DNA from: Tubiluchus corallicola
Taxonomy: Eukaryota; Animalia; Priapulida
Length of the DNA stretch: 64,000 nucleotides
Direction: 5' to 3'
NCBI GenBank assembly: GCA_030141605.1
Contig: JAQGDQ010000001.1
Location: forward strand, 1,984,001-2,048,000
Under the pieces are notes generated by a model. It was not told where the DNA came from. It saw only the letters and a program-made list of their open reading frames with translations, and made no database searches. Every line of letters starts with the position of its first letter. Within the stretch, counting starts at the first letter, position 1. Below are positions 62,100-64,000 of the stretch, piece after piece. Made by a program: the position numbers and the translations under genes.

Positions 62100-63450
62100 T
62101 TAATAACAATAATAATAATAATTTTATTGCCTAAAATTTATATAAAAATGCTCTTTGGCGTATAAACACTTAAAATTTTCAAGAAATCTAGGTACAATAT
62201 TTTTAAGAAAGACAACAATTACCTATAAACATAAAAGACTAACTCTACTACATTATGCAGACACAAATTAAAATGACAAAAAGTTAAAATGCTTCTAAAA
62301 TTTTCATTTGACGTTTAAAAATAGCAATACTTCCGGAGTTTTTTGTCTCATCTGATAGCGCATTCCATAAACGAGGGACAGCACTGGAAAGTTATCTATC
62401 TCTAGCTGAAACAAGACCAATTCCAAGTTGTACAAAAGTGTTAGTATCAGATGATCTTAGTCGGCGTGATGGTGTGTACTTTTGTAAAAGCTCGGACGAA
62501 TAACTGGGAGCTAGTCCATTCATGCATTTGTAGGTAAGAAGAAGAATTTTAAATTTAATGCTTTGACGGACTGGAAGCCAATGTAAGTCCATGAAAATGG
62601 GTGTTATATGACAGAATTTCTTGCTGTGGGTCAGTACGCGAGTTGAAGCATTTTGGACTCTTGGAAGTTTCTGAATAATATAGCAATCCGATACCACATA
62701 GATGCGATCATCCAAGATCGGACCATCCAAGATGCGATTTCTTTACTACACTTTTCAAGTTTAATTTTAGTGCCATATTCAGAAGCAGGATCATTTGGCT
62801 GAATCGAGATGTAAAATGGCTATCATCAGCATAGAAGTGGTACTCTAACCCAAATTTAAGTATCAGACCGTCTAGTGGTAAGACTTAAATTGCATATAGC
62901 ATGGGGCCTAGAAAAGACCCTTGGGACGTACCACGAGGCCTTTCTAATGTAGACGAATTTACATTATTTAATCGAATACAATGTGACCGATTAGTCATAT
63001 ACGGATGAAACCAATATAACACCGTTCCTGAAAATTCTAGATGGCTCTGGAGACTATGCAGTAGTTTTTGGTGATCAATCGTATGAAAGACCGCACTAAT
63101 ATCTAGTTGTGCTAGACAAACTTACTAGTTTCTTATCAATAGCCAATAAGATGTCGTTTTGAATGCAAAGCAATGGAGTTTCGATACTGCAATGTTCGCG
63201 AAAAGCAGACTGAATTTTTTCACTGATATTATTAACGATTAAATGATTGAGTAGTTGAGTTGTTATCACACATTCAATTGTCTTAGACAGAAATGACAAG
63301 GTAGATACTGGGCGATAATTAGCCAGGTTATCTGGATCAAGATTGTACTTCCTTAATAGTGACTTGACTACTGCTTGTTTTAATGACGAAGGAAATATAC
63401 CAGACTAAATTGATGAGTTTACAATTTGCGAGATAGATGATGCAAGGTAA
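62100..63450 (-). mobile_element. Decayed L2/CR1-group LINE (RT plus 3' end)
   Basis: NYRPVSTLSFLSKTIECVI, QSAFR..HSIET, GVPQGSFLGP-like, FYADDS, HITPIFMDLHWLPVRQSIKFKILLLTYK; (TTA)n tail at about 62101-62120. Similar to the copy at 11400-12180. Confidence 0.85.
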
Positions 63451-63610
63451 GGCAGATTAAGTCGTATCAGACGTAAGTCTGTAGTGTGTCTGAGATGTAC
63501 GTGAAGTTTAATCAATTTTTTGCCGGTTTGGCTCATTGTGTATGCATGGTGAAATTTACTATCACACTTTTTTGAGGGCGTACAATTTTATTTTAAAGCT
63601 TACTTATAAA

Positions 63611-64000
63611 CAGTGGCGTAACGCCCATTGGACAAGGCTGGACAAATGCCAGGAGCCCCCGAGGTCTAGGGCCCCAAGCCTGACCCTAAAAAATGCACCT
63701 TACAAACATTATTAATTTGGTATAAAAACGCCTAATAATTCTGGCAACCAACAGAGAACCGACTTCGATTCCGCAATGTTGCCATTCTTAGGGATTTTTC
63801 CCTAGATCTAGGGATCTGGACTGTGTCCTATGGATCTAGGCCTATATGGATGGATGATAAAAAACGAGAAATCTAGGGATAGTTGACACAATGACATAAA
63901 AGTTTGTCGCTGTTGGCTATTGAGAGTGATGCTGCTCAGAAGATAGACATTGACAATATTATAGACAAGTTTGCCAACACTAAGGCTCGATCAGCAAAAT
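63611..64000 (+). mobile_element. hAT (Tip100/ZMYM-like) DNA transposon remnant, runs off the window
   Basis: CAGTGGCGTA start with GGGCCCC subterminal motif; 63904-63996 translates LSLLAIESDAAQKIDIDNIIDKFANTKARS, resembling the hAT C-terminal dimerisation region. Confidence 0.65.

Overview
AT-rich eukaryotic (metazoan, probably protostome invertebrate) genomic DNA with spliceosomal GT-AG introns, many microsatellites and decayed transposons. I assembled four protein-coding genes by hand with phase-consistent splice sites. (1) The ectodomain exons of a Gyc32E-like receptor guanylate cyclase on the minus strand (26167 down to about 3470; TM and cyclase exons are not in the window). (2) An axonemal dynein intermediate chain (DNAI1/IC78 type) with only one coding intron (36218-39023, +). 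(3) A single-exon MS4A/CD20-like four-TM protein with a ~320-aa glycosylated loop and a tyrosine-motif tail (40713-42752, -). (4) An 11-exon M14A carboxypeptidase A-like gene (46355-60848, +). The rest is LINE remnants, DNA-transposon/MITE remnants (hAT, Harbinger-like foldback), SINE/tRNA-like heads, a possible solo LTR and simple repeats. The most interesting items are the MS4A-like receptor architecture and a 6-nt microexon versus read-through stop in the guanylate cyclase that could produce a secreted ectodomain. Family assignments come from motif recognition, not database searches.
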